The position numbers and the translations under genes are program-made. The notes under the pieces were generated by a model. It was not told the origin of the DNA and did no database searches. It worked only from the letters and a program-made list of their open reading frames with translations. From assembly GCA_025201805.1 (NCBI GenBank), contig MU619332.1:1-64000 (forward strand): DNA of 64,000 bases, written 5' to 3'. Of this stretch, positions 11,057 to 27,649 are shown piece by piece. Source of the DNA: Parasitella parasitica NRRL 2501. Its lineage: Eukaryota > Fungi > Mucoromycota. The first letter of the stretch is position 1. Every line of letters begins with the position of its first letter.

Positions 11057-14014
11057 TTTTTTTATTATGCTGATTAGAGAAACTGAGGGAAGAGTGGGAG
11101 ATTGAAAGAGGTTAAAGATTAAAAAATTTAAAGGAAAGGAGGTAGAATTATATTAATAATAATATCAAAAAGAGAGGAGAAGGAGAGGTGAAAGAGAGAA
11201 AGAAAGAAGGAGAATAGAGTGAGAAGAGAAAAAAGAAAGGGAGAAAGGCGGGGAAACCAAAAAGGAATCGGAAAAAGATCAAAGCTTTGTAAGACATCAA
11301 AGTGTCCCTATTTCCTTTCATCAAAACAACAACAATTAATCAAATGCATTTCAGTAAAGTGTTCTCATTTTCAAAATTATTTTTTCTTATTAAAAATATA
11401 TTGCTATAATGATGGAAGTGTATTGAGGCAAACCGTACAAATGGCCCCAAGTGGCTTTCGAAATCACTCATAAGTTTATTGGCAGTATTAAGAACGGAAA
11501 ACAGACAACAGCAAGCAAGCTGCATTCGAAAATCCATCATTATTCATCTAAATATCCTATCGAAAAGCCGTCTTACTACTAGATAGATAAGAGTATCAAT
11601 ACATCGCGCTGGTAACAAAGACTGAGTGTTGCGCAAAAATTGAAAACTGTATAACTGTTAATCTAACCGTTATTCCGTAAATGCCAAACCACATTATGTT
11701 ATCAATTAACCTTCCTTGCAACCAACAAAAGGTACCATGTAACACACACAAACCTGCATGTTGCTATTCAACAAGCTCTTTCTAAAAAAAAAATATATCT
11801 GTATCCTTGTTTCACCCTTACATATTTTGACAAGCATTTTAGAGTATTGTATCGATAAAACAAGTTATACTTCGGGTGAAGTCAAATTGCCCAGAAAAAG
11901 GAGAAAAATTTATTTATCTTATATACTAATAATGTTAATAAAAGTTTTATGCCTTATTTTCATTGATTTATAGAAATCTTAGTTGATCCGACATCATTTA
12001 TGGGTGCAGTGCCATATAAACTAAGAGACTATTACAAAATATAGCCTAGCATTCAAAGCAAATGTTTAGTGAAGCTATTTGTTAAGGTTTTAGCTTTTAA
12101 TGTAAATGGTGGCATATGCGATTGATTATAAGAAGAGTGATCGACGATATTTATACAACGAGCCTTTAATACACAAGTGCCATCACATAGTGTAATATGT
12201 ATATGAGTATTCTTTCTCTTCTTGTTCGAAATCTTTTTGCTCACTGTTTTTTTGTTTGCCGCATATCTACAGGCAAAATATACTGATCCATGTCAATTGT
12301 CTTGATATTTGCTTTTCTTTCGTCCGTTTTTAATGATTCGCATACTTTTAGTAGGTGTTCTACTGTACTTGACAATTTTGTTTTAAAGCAAAAGCGATTT
12401 TAACTAGTTTCAAATACCTCAATCAAATCATAGCCATTCAATAAAGATTTGATTACACCGCCCTTTAACTCACGCTATATATTTGAATTACAAGATACTT
12501 TTAGTAATTTACGCATTCTATCAATATAGTTTGTTTTGTAAATTATCAATGGGCCAAATAATACGTGCCACGAAGGTTTTGATGTTAGCTGCAGGCAGGT
12601 ATGGCACACACCTCAATACAGTGTTTAAATAAGCTTTTGCAGCGAGAGCAGAATTGAGGTAATCCTTGTACAATTTTAAGGAATTTTTTGATGATTGGCA
12701 AGTGAGCTCTCCTACATAAGCAACCTCTATCGTTATTCAAAAAAGCAGGCTGTAATTTAACACTGGACGCAGCGCTGATTGTCATCAAAGAAAAACCCAA
12801 TAGTCGGGCCCCAGAATATAACGAGATATGGCATTTCTGAAAAACGCTCTTGTTAAGTGTCAAGTACTCTATGGCCTGCATTACATGGTGTTATAACTAA
12901 CATGCGCACATATATTATTCTCGTCGCTCTTTTATAATCGAAAGCTTTGATCTTAGACAATTTTACACCGTTTATCGCTTTTATAGCATTACCTATTGAG
13001 CGCATTACGACATTAGGTTCACAATATGTATTCACACTTTCAGTCCTTCAATTTCATATTATTTCTAGTCGATAAAGCTCTTTCGCTTAAAGTTACTCCT
13101 TAAGCCAACAAGAAGAATGTAATCAGAAGAGTTTATTTTTCTCTTTTACTTAGGTTGAACTCTTTGCACAGAAATTGTTCACGGTAGTTTGCATCGCTGA
13201 CATTCCATTCGTAATTTAAGTTGTCTTCTGCATTCATCAATAAATGCTAGTATTTCATTAATTACTCAATAAATCACTAATAAAAGTTTAGCGATAGCAA
13301 GCTAAACAACTATGACAATAGCTCTGTCAATACAGCAATTATCAATTTATCTTTTGGTACATATTTTACTACAAGAGGTGTTTTGATCTCTTACTAACGT
13401 TTATTTTTTCAAATATTTAAATGGGTTTGCCGCTGCTAGTTAGTATGCCGTGAGTATTTCTAGGCAAAGTTTGCGATCATTATAGCATATTGTATCAGAC
13501 AACGTGAGACAATCGATTGATAATATCCCCCTCCCTTTTTTCATGGCTTGCGCGGCTCTGAGTTGGCGATTTGAAAAGTGGATATTGCCAGACATTTAGT
13601 GTCCATCACAATTCATAATGGGTCTTGCTTTTTTAAGTCATGAATCGTAACCAAACTACAATATCAGTGATATTGATAAAAGAATACTGATATCGTCAGC
13701 TAAAGCAACACACATCTTCAAGCCTAATTATACTGAGGCTTTTCATAACAAAGTTGGAAACTCATGTTAAATTTGCAGAAGAATGGTTACATAAAGATGT
13801 GAATTCAATTGTAATGAAGAATAAAAGTGCCGTACAGATTACAGCAGTACAATCAATGTTTATACATGTGCAAATTGCACGGTTATTTCCGTGGTTCATC
13901 ACATGGTATGCAGATAAAATACGGGGCTATATTTAATTGATATCTCAACTATCAAGAGAACGTAATATATCCAACATTTCTTAAATAAAATGACATGCTC
14001 TTACCTCTTTTTTA

Positions 14015-17223
<3,209 letters not shown>

Positions 17224-17288
17224 GTTTGCCTAATTCTGCATTACAAGTTCCATTTTTCACGTCTTTTCTTTCTCTTCTCGATTCTAAA

Positions 17289-17923
17289 ATGATCACAGAT
17301 CCAATTCTAAAAAATAAAATTATTGTGATTCATGGTATCATGATGGCATTTGTGTGGCTATTCGCTGTGCCGGGGGCGATCCTACTAAGCATGTACGCAA
17401 GAAAAAAAAAGAAGCCCTGGGGACCAAAAGCACACATGTTGATCATGGCATCAGCAGCATTTTTGCCGTACACCGTTTCCGCCATGTTGGCATTTACAGT
17501 TGCAGGTCAAATTAAACCCAAGCCTCACTCAGTAAGTGTAGCATACCATAATTAAAATTCAACATTTTAACAGCTTGTGAAAAGAGCATTGGCACTGCCT
17601 TATCTTTAGGTTTGTGGTGTCAAGTGATATTAGGAGCAGTCAATCATGCTGTTTTCAAATATAGACTGAAAAATAATTGCTTGCCAGATAAACGACCATG
17701 GAATAATCATGTTCATATTTGGTTTGGGTCTACTTTATCCGTTTTGGCATTGATCAATATACCATTGGGCATGAAGATTAAAAGAGCACCCCTAGCAATG
17801 TATATTATATATGCTATATGGGTCACCCTATTGGCTATAGTCTACATGTATTTAACTTGGATGAAGGAGACTCGAGTACCTGTAGAATACAAAGCACATA
17901 AAATAGTTGATGAAACCAAATAA
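17289..17923 (+). CDS. Cytochrome b561-like (ferric-reductase-type) membrane protein
   Basis: Exons 17289-17531 and 17585-17923; several TM helices with His ligands IHGIMM, KAHMLI, PHS, HVHIWFG. Confidence 0.75.
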
Positions 17924-18057
17924 ATATAGTAAACCCTGTGTCCAAATGTAAATGGCCAAGTAATCAAGAATCAATTGAAAGCCAGTTTTTATTATACCGT
18001 ATAAGTAATGGATTACAATCAACATTCTTTTGTTTCTTTCTTTTCAAACAGCAAAAA

Positions 18058-19049
18058 ATGACAACTGTATTGACGGAAACTACTAACCAACCAGTATTGC
18101 AACTGAATACAAAGTACATTTCAAAAATAAACACTATAGAGACAGCATCAGAAATATCAAAAAGAACCAGGGCGGACAACGTCAAACATAGTAACAGTGC
18201 ATTTTCACATGTTTTTTATACTGTGATTCTCTATACATTACATTTTCTGTACATTTCATTCATTGCTTTCAAATCATTACACTCATACCTCGAAAATCTG
18301 CTGTTAATCACGCATCACAATCAGCACGATATCCACCAGCGTATTCAATTCGATAAAACTCAACTAACAAAGATCCCAGAGCACCTCACAATAGCTGTCT
18401 CACGGGAATTATCAAACACTAGATCAGATAAAGACTGGAAAAAATTGATGTATGATGTATCCATGGCAACGTGCTGGGCCTGGGATTTTGGCGTAAAGGA
18501 AGTATCCGTATATGATGCATCTGGTGTCATCAAATCAATGTCAATTGATTTGCACAAACAGCAATCCACCATACTACATGATTACATGGTCAAGTATAAC
18601 AAAGGAGAAAAAAAGAGACCATCAAGTATGCTATTTTTTGTTTTTCCTTTTCTGACAACTATTAACTGATTACAGTGGTAAAATTCTCTATTTTATCCAT
18701 TGAAAATGGCAAATCATACGTGGGACAAGTAGCACAACAAATGGCAAAGGATAACCATGGTCAAATTGATATTAAATTAGTCGATAAATACATGCACAGT
18801 AAGGGTAGTTGCCGAGATACACTTTTTTTGTCTTAATTAATTATTTTAGTGAACTCTGTGTCTGATCCTGACTTGATGATACTGTACGACGGCCTTCCAC
18901 ATAATTACGTTTCATTGGATGGTTATCCTCCTTGGCATATCCGTTTAACTGAAATTGCAAATTGCTCTGATTATCATGCTTTGAATTACCACTTGTTTTC
19001 CAAATGTTTATATAGATTTTCAAAAGTACAACAACGATTTGGTCATTAA
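18058..19049 (+). CDS. NUS1: Dehydrodolichyl diphosphate synthase complex subunit Nus1/NgBR
   Basis: Exons 18058-18625, 18676-18798, 18850-19049; KIPEHL, SVYDASGVIK, DPDLMI..LDGYPPWHIRLTEI, C-terminal RFGH (RxG). Confidence 0.92.
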
Positions 19050-19054
19050 ATAGT

Positions 19055-20772
19055 TTATCTCTTTTTATTACTATTGGCGCTGCCGCCGCTGTTAATGTTA
19101 TTGTCAAATAATAAACCGCCAATGAGTTTGTTCAGCGATTTCTTTTCTTTCACAGGTGGTTGTTCCTGAAATGAACCTGATCTACTTGGCGTGTATTTTG
19201 TGCCATCAGAAAAATCATTTGTGAGGAATCGAAGACCTCGAAGATAATTTGAGAAATGATTGCAATTCCCGCATGTGCAATATTCTTTATCTCGCTCACT
19301 TTTCCTGTTGTGATATTGATTGACCAGACAGAAATTACACTGTGCTGGCGAATGTTTGTGTTGGGACGAGTTTTGGCATAAGACACAGGAGCAAGTACCA
19401 TGGCCTTTGGTAGTTCGGTGTTCGTCATAACTTTTGTATAAATGCAAAGAGTTTGTTTGAAAGTAAATGGTTGCTTGTTGTATATCAAACAGAAATCTGT
19501 CTCCTAACTGCTTGCTACTAAAGTGCAACGGTGGAAGTAGTTTGCTTACAAGCGTACAGGGAAGAGCTGGATTGGAGCTGTCAGTGGATGGTGATGTACT
19601 AGTATTGTTTGAGTGTTTCGGTGATGGCGGTGGGAATACATAGAATTTTGCAAGATAGTTGCAGGCAACAACAAATTCATCAGAGCATAAATGGTTTGGG
19701 AAAAATTGCTGAAATAAAGCTGTATAATTCAACTTCATTCTTTGAAATGCTGCTTCATCCCCACCATCAAAACATTTTTCTGCTCTTTTTTTCAGTTCCT
19801 TCTCCCATGATGTACCCGTAAGCATTTTGCATACATGATTTATATCATTGCGTAGCTGTTGACTATCGTTTTTGATTATCTCACACAACTTGTCCAGACT
19901 TTGTCTCCATGTATCGTCAGTTGGCTTTAGTAATTTACTAGTAATTGAGGCCAAGTTTTCGCTTAATTGTGGTAGATCAACTTGGGGAGCTTGCTCGCAC
20001 TTCACCTCGTTTTCCAGCTGTTGCAACTTTTGAGTAATCTGATTGCACGTATCCTCGATCCAAGCCGCATCGTCTTTAAGAATTTCCAACTCTTTATTCG
20101 CTGCATCTGTCTTTTCGGATTCCTTTTTTATTCTTTGTGAATAGCCTTCATTTATGTTTTTACTGATTTGGTCTAATATACTATGGAGGGCCTCCAATTC
20201 GTGGACATTTGATAGTTGAGTCGTGTCAAGATTAATGCCTGCTTCTGTGGCCATTTGAGCAACATATCCTTCCAATTGTGTGGTATCAAAGTTGTTTAAT
20301 TGCGTTTTGCCATCAGCAACAGATGGTGTATCCAAAGACCTTTCATCAGCATCAGTATCTTGTAGACCTGCACGTAGACACGCACACACAACATTTGAAG
20401 AAAGTTTTTAGCCATGTACAGCAAAATTTTATACAACTTCTTGAATTTTTTTACCATTATTGATGCGTATTGACTTTCTAACCTCGGCAGGATACGAGGA
20501 TGGACTTGGACTGAGCATTACGAAGCTTTTTGGGCGTGGTTTGACTCCCAAGTTATTAACCTCAGTTTCTTGTTGAATGCAGTCAGAGTCTCGGGATTTT
20601 GTTAAAGATTCTAGCCTCTCTGTAGATTTCCAAGCTGATTTGGATAGCTTTTCAAAAGCATTACTCAATTCCTTTTTTTTCTTTTTGTTCTGGTAACCTG
20701 TTTTTTTACGTAAAATTCAGCATGGATTCATGTAAATATTGGTTAAAGTTTGTAAAATATACCAGAGAACAT
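19055..20772 (-). CDS. Hypothetical coiled-coil protein with C-terminal Cys/His cluster
   Basis: Exons 20772-20763 (ATG TTC TCT G), 20697-~20455, ~20367-19055 joined by GT-AG introns; long open frame; HGTCSCVLC, CNFC, CTCGNC. Confidence 0.8.
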
Positions 20773-20785
20773 AAAATCTAATAAT

Positions 20786-20795
20786 NNNNNNNNNN
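20786..20795. other. Assembly gap (10 N)
   Basis: Run of n next to a poly-A tract. Confidence 1.
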
Positions 20796-21524
20796 AAAAA
20801 AAAAAAAAGAAAAGATCCACCTAAACAGTTTAAATAAACCTTTGTTACATTTTTGCCGAGCCACACTTGTTGCCAAGTTACATTTCTTCTAGATCCGGAT
20901 TAGCTGATAAAGTACAAGCGCGTTGCTCTTTACTCCCTGGTATTGTACAGTGTGATGGTGCACTGGGGATATATAAATGTTTGAAGTTATAATAGTATAA
21001 ACAGGGTACCTCATACATTCAGGGATAAGGAGGTGAGTTCAATTGAGGAAGCATAGCTTAGCCTGCATAATCTGCTGAAAAGAAATACACACTTGAGCTT
21101 CAAGTGATTCACGAATCGCTGTTTGGCTACAACAAAGAATTAAGAGAGCAAAAGCGTGCCTGGGTTGTGCAACAGGTTGCACTTTTTGTTCGAGTACCGA
21201 TCCGCGCAAAGAGCCATTTGATTCATGTTAATTAATTACAACATTCGAAGTGTTTGTTCAGTAACAGGTTGCCTCAATAAGCGAATCAACAGAGCAGAAT
21301 GCCCTTTATTATTTTTATCTTTACAGATTTTCTGTCAAGGCAGACGAGAGACGAGAAACAAAATCCTTCAACAAGGTTTGAAGAGAAGTAATCGGGAGAC
21401 ATAGCTTATCAGTTTTAAACGGATGTTTAAATGAACTTTTTTGTCATATAATATAACAGACACATCTTTGTCAAACATTATTCCCTCTTTTCTCTTTCTT
21501 TTCTTCGTTCATTCTTTAATTGCC

Positions 21525-22395
21525 ATGTCGGCAGAACTAAAATCGCCTCAAGATCGCCCGTTATTATACTCAAAAGAGCGCCTTTTAAAACTATATGGCG
21601 TAGATCTTTTTGCGGCTGTTGCATCTGCTGCCATGGTTTCCCCTTTTATCGCTGTAGTGGACAGGTAAATCAAGAAGATTAAGAAATAGATATATTTTCT
21701 TGACTTACACCGTGAGCATTGTATGCAGATCGATTATAGAAAACTTGAATGGAAAGCGCAATTTAATAGATGGCCTGAAATTCGGTCTTCGATCATTTTT
21801 TTCGAAACCCCTCCAATTCACAACATCCAGACAATTTGGTATCGTACTTGGTCTCTATTCTTCGACTTACCTTACAGCCAACGTCGTGGACACAACCTGC
21901 GAACAATACTCGGTGGATCCGTCCAAGACTTCTTTGTATAAATTCGCTGCCACCAGCTTTATAAATATATTTCTTTGTGTATACAAAGACAAGGTCTTTG
22001 CTAGCATGTTTGGTGTGTCTGTCAGCAAGTCTCTCCCAAAACTAAGCTATCTGTTGTTTGCAGCTAGAGATTCGCTCACGATTGCAGCAAGCTTTACTGC
22101 TCCAAGTTATATTGCTAATGCTCTGCAAGACAGTTCTATTATATCAACCGAAAAGTCTGCAAATGTGGTTGCCCAACTAGTGTGTCCTGCTGCAGTTCAA
22201 TTGGCAAGTACACCTGTACATCTATACGCTCTTGATCTGTATAATAGACCCACTGTTTCGATGGCCCTGAGGGGCCAATTGATCAAAAAGGAATACGTTA
22301 AGAGTACTTTTGCTAGAATTGGACGTATCGGTCCTGCTTTCGGAATTGGAGGCGTGGGAAATACTTTCTTAAGAAGCTATCGACATCAAGTCTAA
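21525..22395 (+). CDS. Conserved uncharacterised membrane protein (S. pombe C365.16-like, probably mitochondrial)
   Basis: Exons 21525-21664 and 21729-22395; motifs VSPFIAVVDRSIIEN, LFAARDSLTIAASF, QLASTPVHLYALDLYNRP, RIGPAFGIGG. Family name from recall. Confidence 0.75.
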
Positions 22396-23470
22396 CATTT
22401 GATATGCAATCGCTGCATATATCATAAATTAAGACTTATTAAACGGCTCTTTGAATTCCTTTGTTTTTTTTCATGCATCCTTTAAATGACATTTATGACC
22501 GTATTTCAATAAAACATTTTACTGCTACTATTATTCAGCCAAAAAGTAAGTACTTTTGCAGACTAGTTCTGATATATGCGTCGCCCAGTGGAGATAATGT
22601 ATGTATAAGATGCCCTGATTGTGGAAGTATCAGAAAAGTATAGATCATGGCTTGTTTTGTTCTTAACGCAAAGTTATGGGTCTTTATGCGCTTTTTTTTT
22701 GTTAGAAAGTTAGTGTTTTTACCTAGCCCATGCATTGGGAGAAAGGACATGTGTCAAATGAGCTGAGGCTGATGATTCCAGCATGTCTAATTTTGGATAA
22801 TAAGCGTTGCCTTTACGATAGCAAAAACTTATGGGCCAAAAGAACTTGTACGCATTACCAGTACTCCTAAATACAGTTTCTGTGTAAAAAGGGCGATGTT
22901 GTCAATCCAAAATAGTCAGCAAAAAGTAACGATTGTCGGTGTAAGATACTCAATATACGTTCCATAACTTTGCAGAGGGTGTAAAGCTGCAATCAGTCTA
23001 TCTTTTGTAGATAAATCAACATTCAATTCGCCGCAATTCATATATTGATCTTATCCCTAAAAACCTTCTCTTTCGACGAAAAGCTACCCCACTGGTAGTT
23101 CTCTCAAAGTATAAAAGTTAATTTAAGAAAAGATGAAGGAAGATGACGTTAGGATTTTAAATGGTGTAAGACGGTTTTTAATTGCCATTGCTCATATTCC
23201 ACCAAAATTCAGAATATAAGGCTCTTTTTACAATGGCTTTTACGCAAAATTTAATATCTTTTGTTTTTCTTCGCTCAATTTTAAGCGCATGTCAGCGTAG
23301 TTCATTAAGCAGGTGGCGATTTTTGATGTATCCCCAGACATGTTAGTTTTTCATTTCACTTTCGATTAACGCAAGTTTATCATTCAAAAATGTCAAAAAA
23401 AATGAAATTACTGGAAAAATCGCTTTTTGTCTATGAAAAAGATGTTTATTATTTTGCAATTATATATAGT

Positions 23471-24718
23471 CTATGACGATGTAATAAGTAATAAAAATGC
23501 TGTGAGAGTAATCGATATTAGAGGATATAATGATGGTTTGTTTAATTCAACTGCAACTGATTCTTCAGAACCTGATTTGAGCAAAAAGTTCTTTACCAAG
23601 GATCCAATCCAAAAGTGCTGTGATTCTTCAGTGTCTAACAACCCCTTTTCATCAGCAACCACACCGATTCGCCAGCGTGGGTTCTGTTTAGCATTACTGA
23701 GGCCATCACCATCATCATCATCTACTTCGTCGTCATCATCAGCATTGTAAAAGCTGTCATCGTTATTATCGGCTTTGGAAGTATTGTTTTTCCCTTTACC
23801 AATTGCTTTAAATCGACAATTTCTACAAGGCGGATGAGGTGGTGTATAGAATGGGTTCGATAGATCATCTTTTGATATACCAGATACTGAAGATATCCAA
23901 TCTAATAAACCAGCAGCATTTGTGAAAATTTCGACAACTGTATTCTGCTCTCCGTCGACGTGAGCGCTCAAGGGTATCGGGCATGTGAGTTGATCAGGTT
24001 TGGCATCACGGGCACCAAATATACGAGTTAGATCACCTAGAACGTATGGAACATTGATGGTATGATTCGTAGCAGGGTTTATTACAGATTGATACACAAT
24101 CAGGGGCCCGCCTGAATCGCCATGGCATGCGACATGATTTTCTGTATCTGATCTACTTTCAATATAATCAACACTCTGTGGATCGAATTTGGTAATCTCT
24201 AATGGCAACAGCTGCAAAGTTTGCGCTAAATTTCCTTCCAAATCAGAATAGCCGAATCCAATCAATTCAGCTTTACTTGGCAATGAAAGAGGCATAAATG
24301 GAGACCAAAATGGCACTCTTTTCAAACGAGCAGATTTTCGTAACGGTGACTCCAATTGTATAATAGCAGCGTCGTACCTGACGTTGAGTGTTCCTGAGAC
24401 ATTGTACAACGGGTGAATTGTCCAATCAATAATTGCCATAGCTTTTTGTTTGTCGCGATGGATGTCATTGTACAGAGCGAAATAAGGGTTTTTTTCCTTT
24501 GCGTAATGCTTGGGGTGGACAGGAGCATCCAAACAATGAGCTGCAGTTAATATCAGAGGCGGGTCGTACGAAATCAGTGTACCACCGCAAACATGTGGGT
24601 TTCCAATCATGACATAAAACGGATACTTGTATTGGTTTGTAATGTCTTGACCAAATTGAACAGAATCAATGACATGAAAACAGCATGCTAAAACTATGCA
24701 TATAATGATGAAATACAT
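23471..24718 (-). CDS. Secreted S1 (chymotrypsin-fold) serine protease with GPI-like tail
   Basis: Signal peptide MYFIIICIVLACCFHVIDS; CGGTLI, LTAAHC, DAAIIQL, CHGDSGGPL; acidic linker; hydrophobic C-terminus; intronless. Confidence 0.9.
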   Translation of the reverse strand: MYFIIICIVLACCFHVIDSVQFGQDITNQYKYPFYVMIGNPHVCGGTLISYDPPLILTAAHCLDAPVHPKHYAKEKNPYFALYNDIHRDKQKAMAIIDWTIHPLYNVSGTLNVRYDAAIIQLESPLRKSARLKRVPFWSPFMPLSLPSKAELIGFGYSDLEGNLAQTLQLLPLEITKFDPQSVDYIESRSDTENHVACHGDSGGPLIVYQSVINPATNHTINVPYVLGDLTRIFGARDAKPDQLTCPIPLSAHVDGEQNTVVEIFTNAAGLLDWISSVSGISKDDLSNPFYTPPHPPCRNCRFKAIGKGKNNTSKADNNDDSFYNADDDDEVDDDDGDGLSNAKQNPRWRIGVVADEKGLLDTEESQHFWIGSLVKNFLLKSGSEESVAVELNKPSLYPLISITLTAFLLLITSS

Positions 24719-24898
24719 CTTTTTTTTTTTTTTTTTTTTTTTTTGTAGCTTGGAAATAGAAAACAATAGAAAAGAAAAAACGATGTTTTCACAAAACCTT
24801 ACGTATATAACGAGAAATTGCTGTCAAATAACATACATAGCATTCCCTGTAAATGTGGTATTTATATAAAAGCCCCTTATAAATATTATTATTTGTTG

Positions 24899-27082
24899 CT
24901 AATAGTTATAGGCTTGTTGTGGTTGACCTGGAAATCCAGGAGTTGTTTGAGGGGCAACATATTGCTGCTGTTGTTGTTGTTGTTGTTGTGGAGGTTGTTG
25001 CTGGACCGGAGGGGAAGGCGAGGTATAATTGACACCTGAGTAACCTTCAGGTCCACTAGGCGAAGGCACATAAGCAGCATAATTTTGCTGTTGCGGCGGC
25101 TGTTGGCTTACGTCTTGAGAAGAGTAGTCAGAAGTACGCTGGAGTTGCTGTTGTTGGCTATCATATGAAGGTTGGTATGGGCTTTGTTGAGCATTATAAT
25201 CATATTGAGGTTGTTGTTGCTGGTGTGGTTGAGGAAGTGGAGCACTGTTCACTTGAGGAGTAGCCGTAGTGTTGAAAGCATACATTGGCTGCTGCGATGT
25301 TTGATGCTGTGGAGAGGCAGCAGCGGGAGGACTTTGAGGCTGTTGCTGCTGCTGCTGCTGCTGCTGAGGCTGACCAGACGGTGGCTGATAATTGACATAA
25401 GGCTGCGACGAGTATGCTTGATATCCAGAGTAAGGTTGCTGGGTTTCAGGTTGAAAAGAGTGGTGGTTAGGTAGATATCCGCTGTAGGCACCTGCAGACA
25501 ATGAAGAGTATCTAGCGACCGAATTGGAAAGCATGCTATCATACATAGTTCTAGCTTGCATGAATTTTTCATTTAAAGCAACCAATTCATCTGCACAATA
25601 TATTAATTCTCTGGCACTAGCCTGTTCATATAGCACTAACCTTTCTTCAAACTATACTTCTCAATTAATTTGACAAGCTTGGGCCTGATGGAAAGAGTGC
25701 TGTTATACAGATTCTGAAGTTCTTCATTATCTGAAAACGAATCCTTGGCACGAGGATCATTGCTAGAGAGCAATTCCAATAAGCGGTCAATGTTACGAGT
25801 TTCATTCATAACATCATTCTCGACAGAAGCTTCTTTCAACAAATCAGAAGGGGAGGGATCTACGATCTTCTCAACATAATTCACAGGGAAGATGCCTGTC
25901 TTTCCACGCAATTCACCCTTCCACCAATCACGGTAAACACTCTCGATAACACGAATGATGTCTCCCTTCTCAAAACCAAGTTCGCCTTGCTCTGTAGGTT
26001 GAAAGTCATATAAAGCTCTAACTCTGGAAATCTGAGGAGTCTTATCTTCCTCTTTCGCCTAAAATAAATGAAAGTTAATGCTTGCATCATATGTCATTTG
26101 ACCATTTGAATCTACCTTGGATGATGCATTGTTTGAAGAGGCTATAGTAGCTGAAGCCGCAGGAGCTGCAGACTAGCAGGATTACGTACATCAATATTGG
26201 CTTCTCCGCATTTTTCATTTAAAAATCTACTCACTTTATAAGAAGGACGGTTCTCTGACTCAGAAAGAGACAATGCCAAAGCAAGTTGGAACTCTTCTTC
26301 CTCTTTCTGTTTATCCAATTCAGACTAGTTTAATAAGAAATAGTCAAGCTGCAGTCTTGGCATATTTAGCAAATTTTCTTACTTGAGTAAACTCCTTTTT
26401 CGGTTTCTGAGGTGATGGGAATTGAATGCCCTCAGCCCGCAATGATTGATATACATCGCCCATTATTCCAAGCGAGGAATCAGTTCTAAATTCAAACGAG
26501 CACATTTGAATAAACTCCAAAATCCTTGTTCTGACCTTTGCGTGAACAGTCTATGTAACGTAAACATGATTAGTCAATGTGCTGCGGTTTGGAATGAGCT
26601 TCACTCTTACTTTCTCATGGACAAGGTCTGTTAATGTGTTGGTAAATGAGCGAGAAGAGATTTCACGATGTACTGTTATGTTGCAATTTTTAACCAAAGC
26701 TTCAGCCAACTATGCAAACAAGTCGAGTGTTAAAGTCCTGGACATAATCAATCAGACAAAAATAGTTACAGCAATAGCATAAAGTTGAACGTTTGGATTT
26801 TTGTTCTTCAAGCGAGTTTCCACCGCCGCGATACAATCTCTTGCACTAAAGAAAGGTTTAGTACAATGCGATTTTCGACCTGAATCACAGCGACACATAC
26901 CCGTCAGGAGAATGAGAGACTTTATCAGTTACGGCCAAGATAAACTCCCAATTCTCAACTGTGAGATTTTCGTCGGTTGCGGTGGCTACATTTTATGTTG
27001 AGTAAACTGCATCTTATGTGCTTGAAACGAAACAAAACTTACCAACAAGCTTATCAAAAGGATTATTTGCTCTTGAAAACAT
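24899..27082 (-). CDS. HSE1: ESCRT-0 subunit Hse1/STAM (VHS-UIM-SH3-GAT, Q/P-rich tail)
   Basis: 8 exons; NPFDKLV..ATDENLTVENW (VHS), EEEEFQLALALSLSE (UIM), RALYDF..DWWKG..GIFPVNYV (SH3). Confidence 0.95.
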
Positions 27083-27649
27083 GATTTTTCGATAGAAATA
27101 GGAAAAAGAGTAAAAGGAGATAAATATTCATAGTAAGAATCTCATACTTTTCCTGGACAGAGGATCCAATTATATTCATGACCCGGTGTGCTATTCCAGT
27201 GGGAGTTTTGATGTCAGTTGATTTCCATAAGAACTCAAATAATCGTTAACGAACGTCTATCCCAATAGGTAGTAGAAAAATCCAATCAAGAATATTCTGC
27301 GTTATTAAAATTTACAAGCTTCAGCAATGTATGAGGTTGAGCTCACCATCTTTTTCGAGCGGTTTTGGTCTGCCATTTTGCACGTTCCTACCGGTATGAG
27401 ATTTTAACTATTGGGATGTTATGAAATGAAGGCGCTCTTTTCGCATTTTACTTGAATCTAAAGTAAAAAAAAAAAAAAGGCCATCTGAAAAGCTAGATAA
27501 CAAAAAAATTTTCATACCTGAGAAGTGAGTACATTTTAGTCGAGACTTTATCAAGCCCATCCAATATTAAATCTATTTGTAAACTAAATACTAGGGTATT
27601 GCTTCTCATCTCAATCAACATATTTTTTACATTTAACGCAATACAGTTT

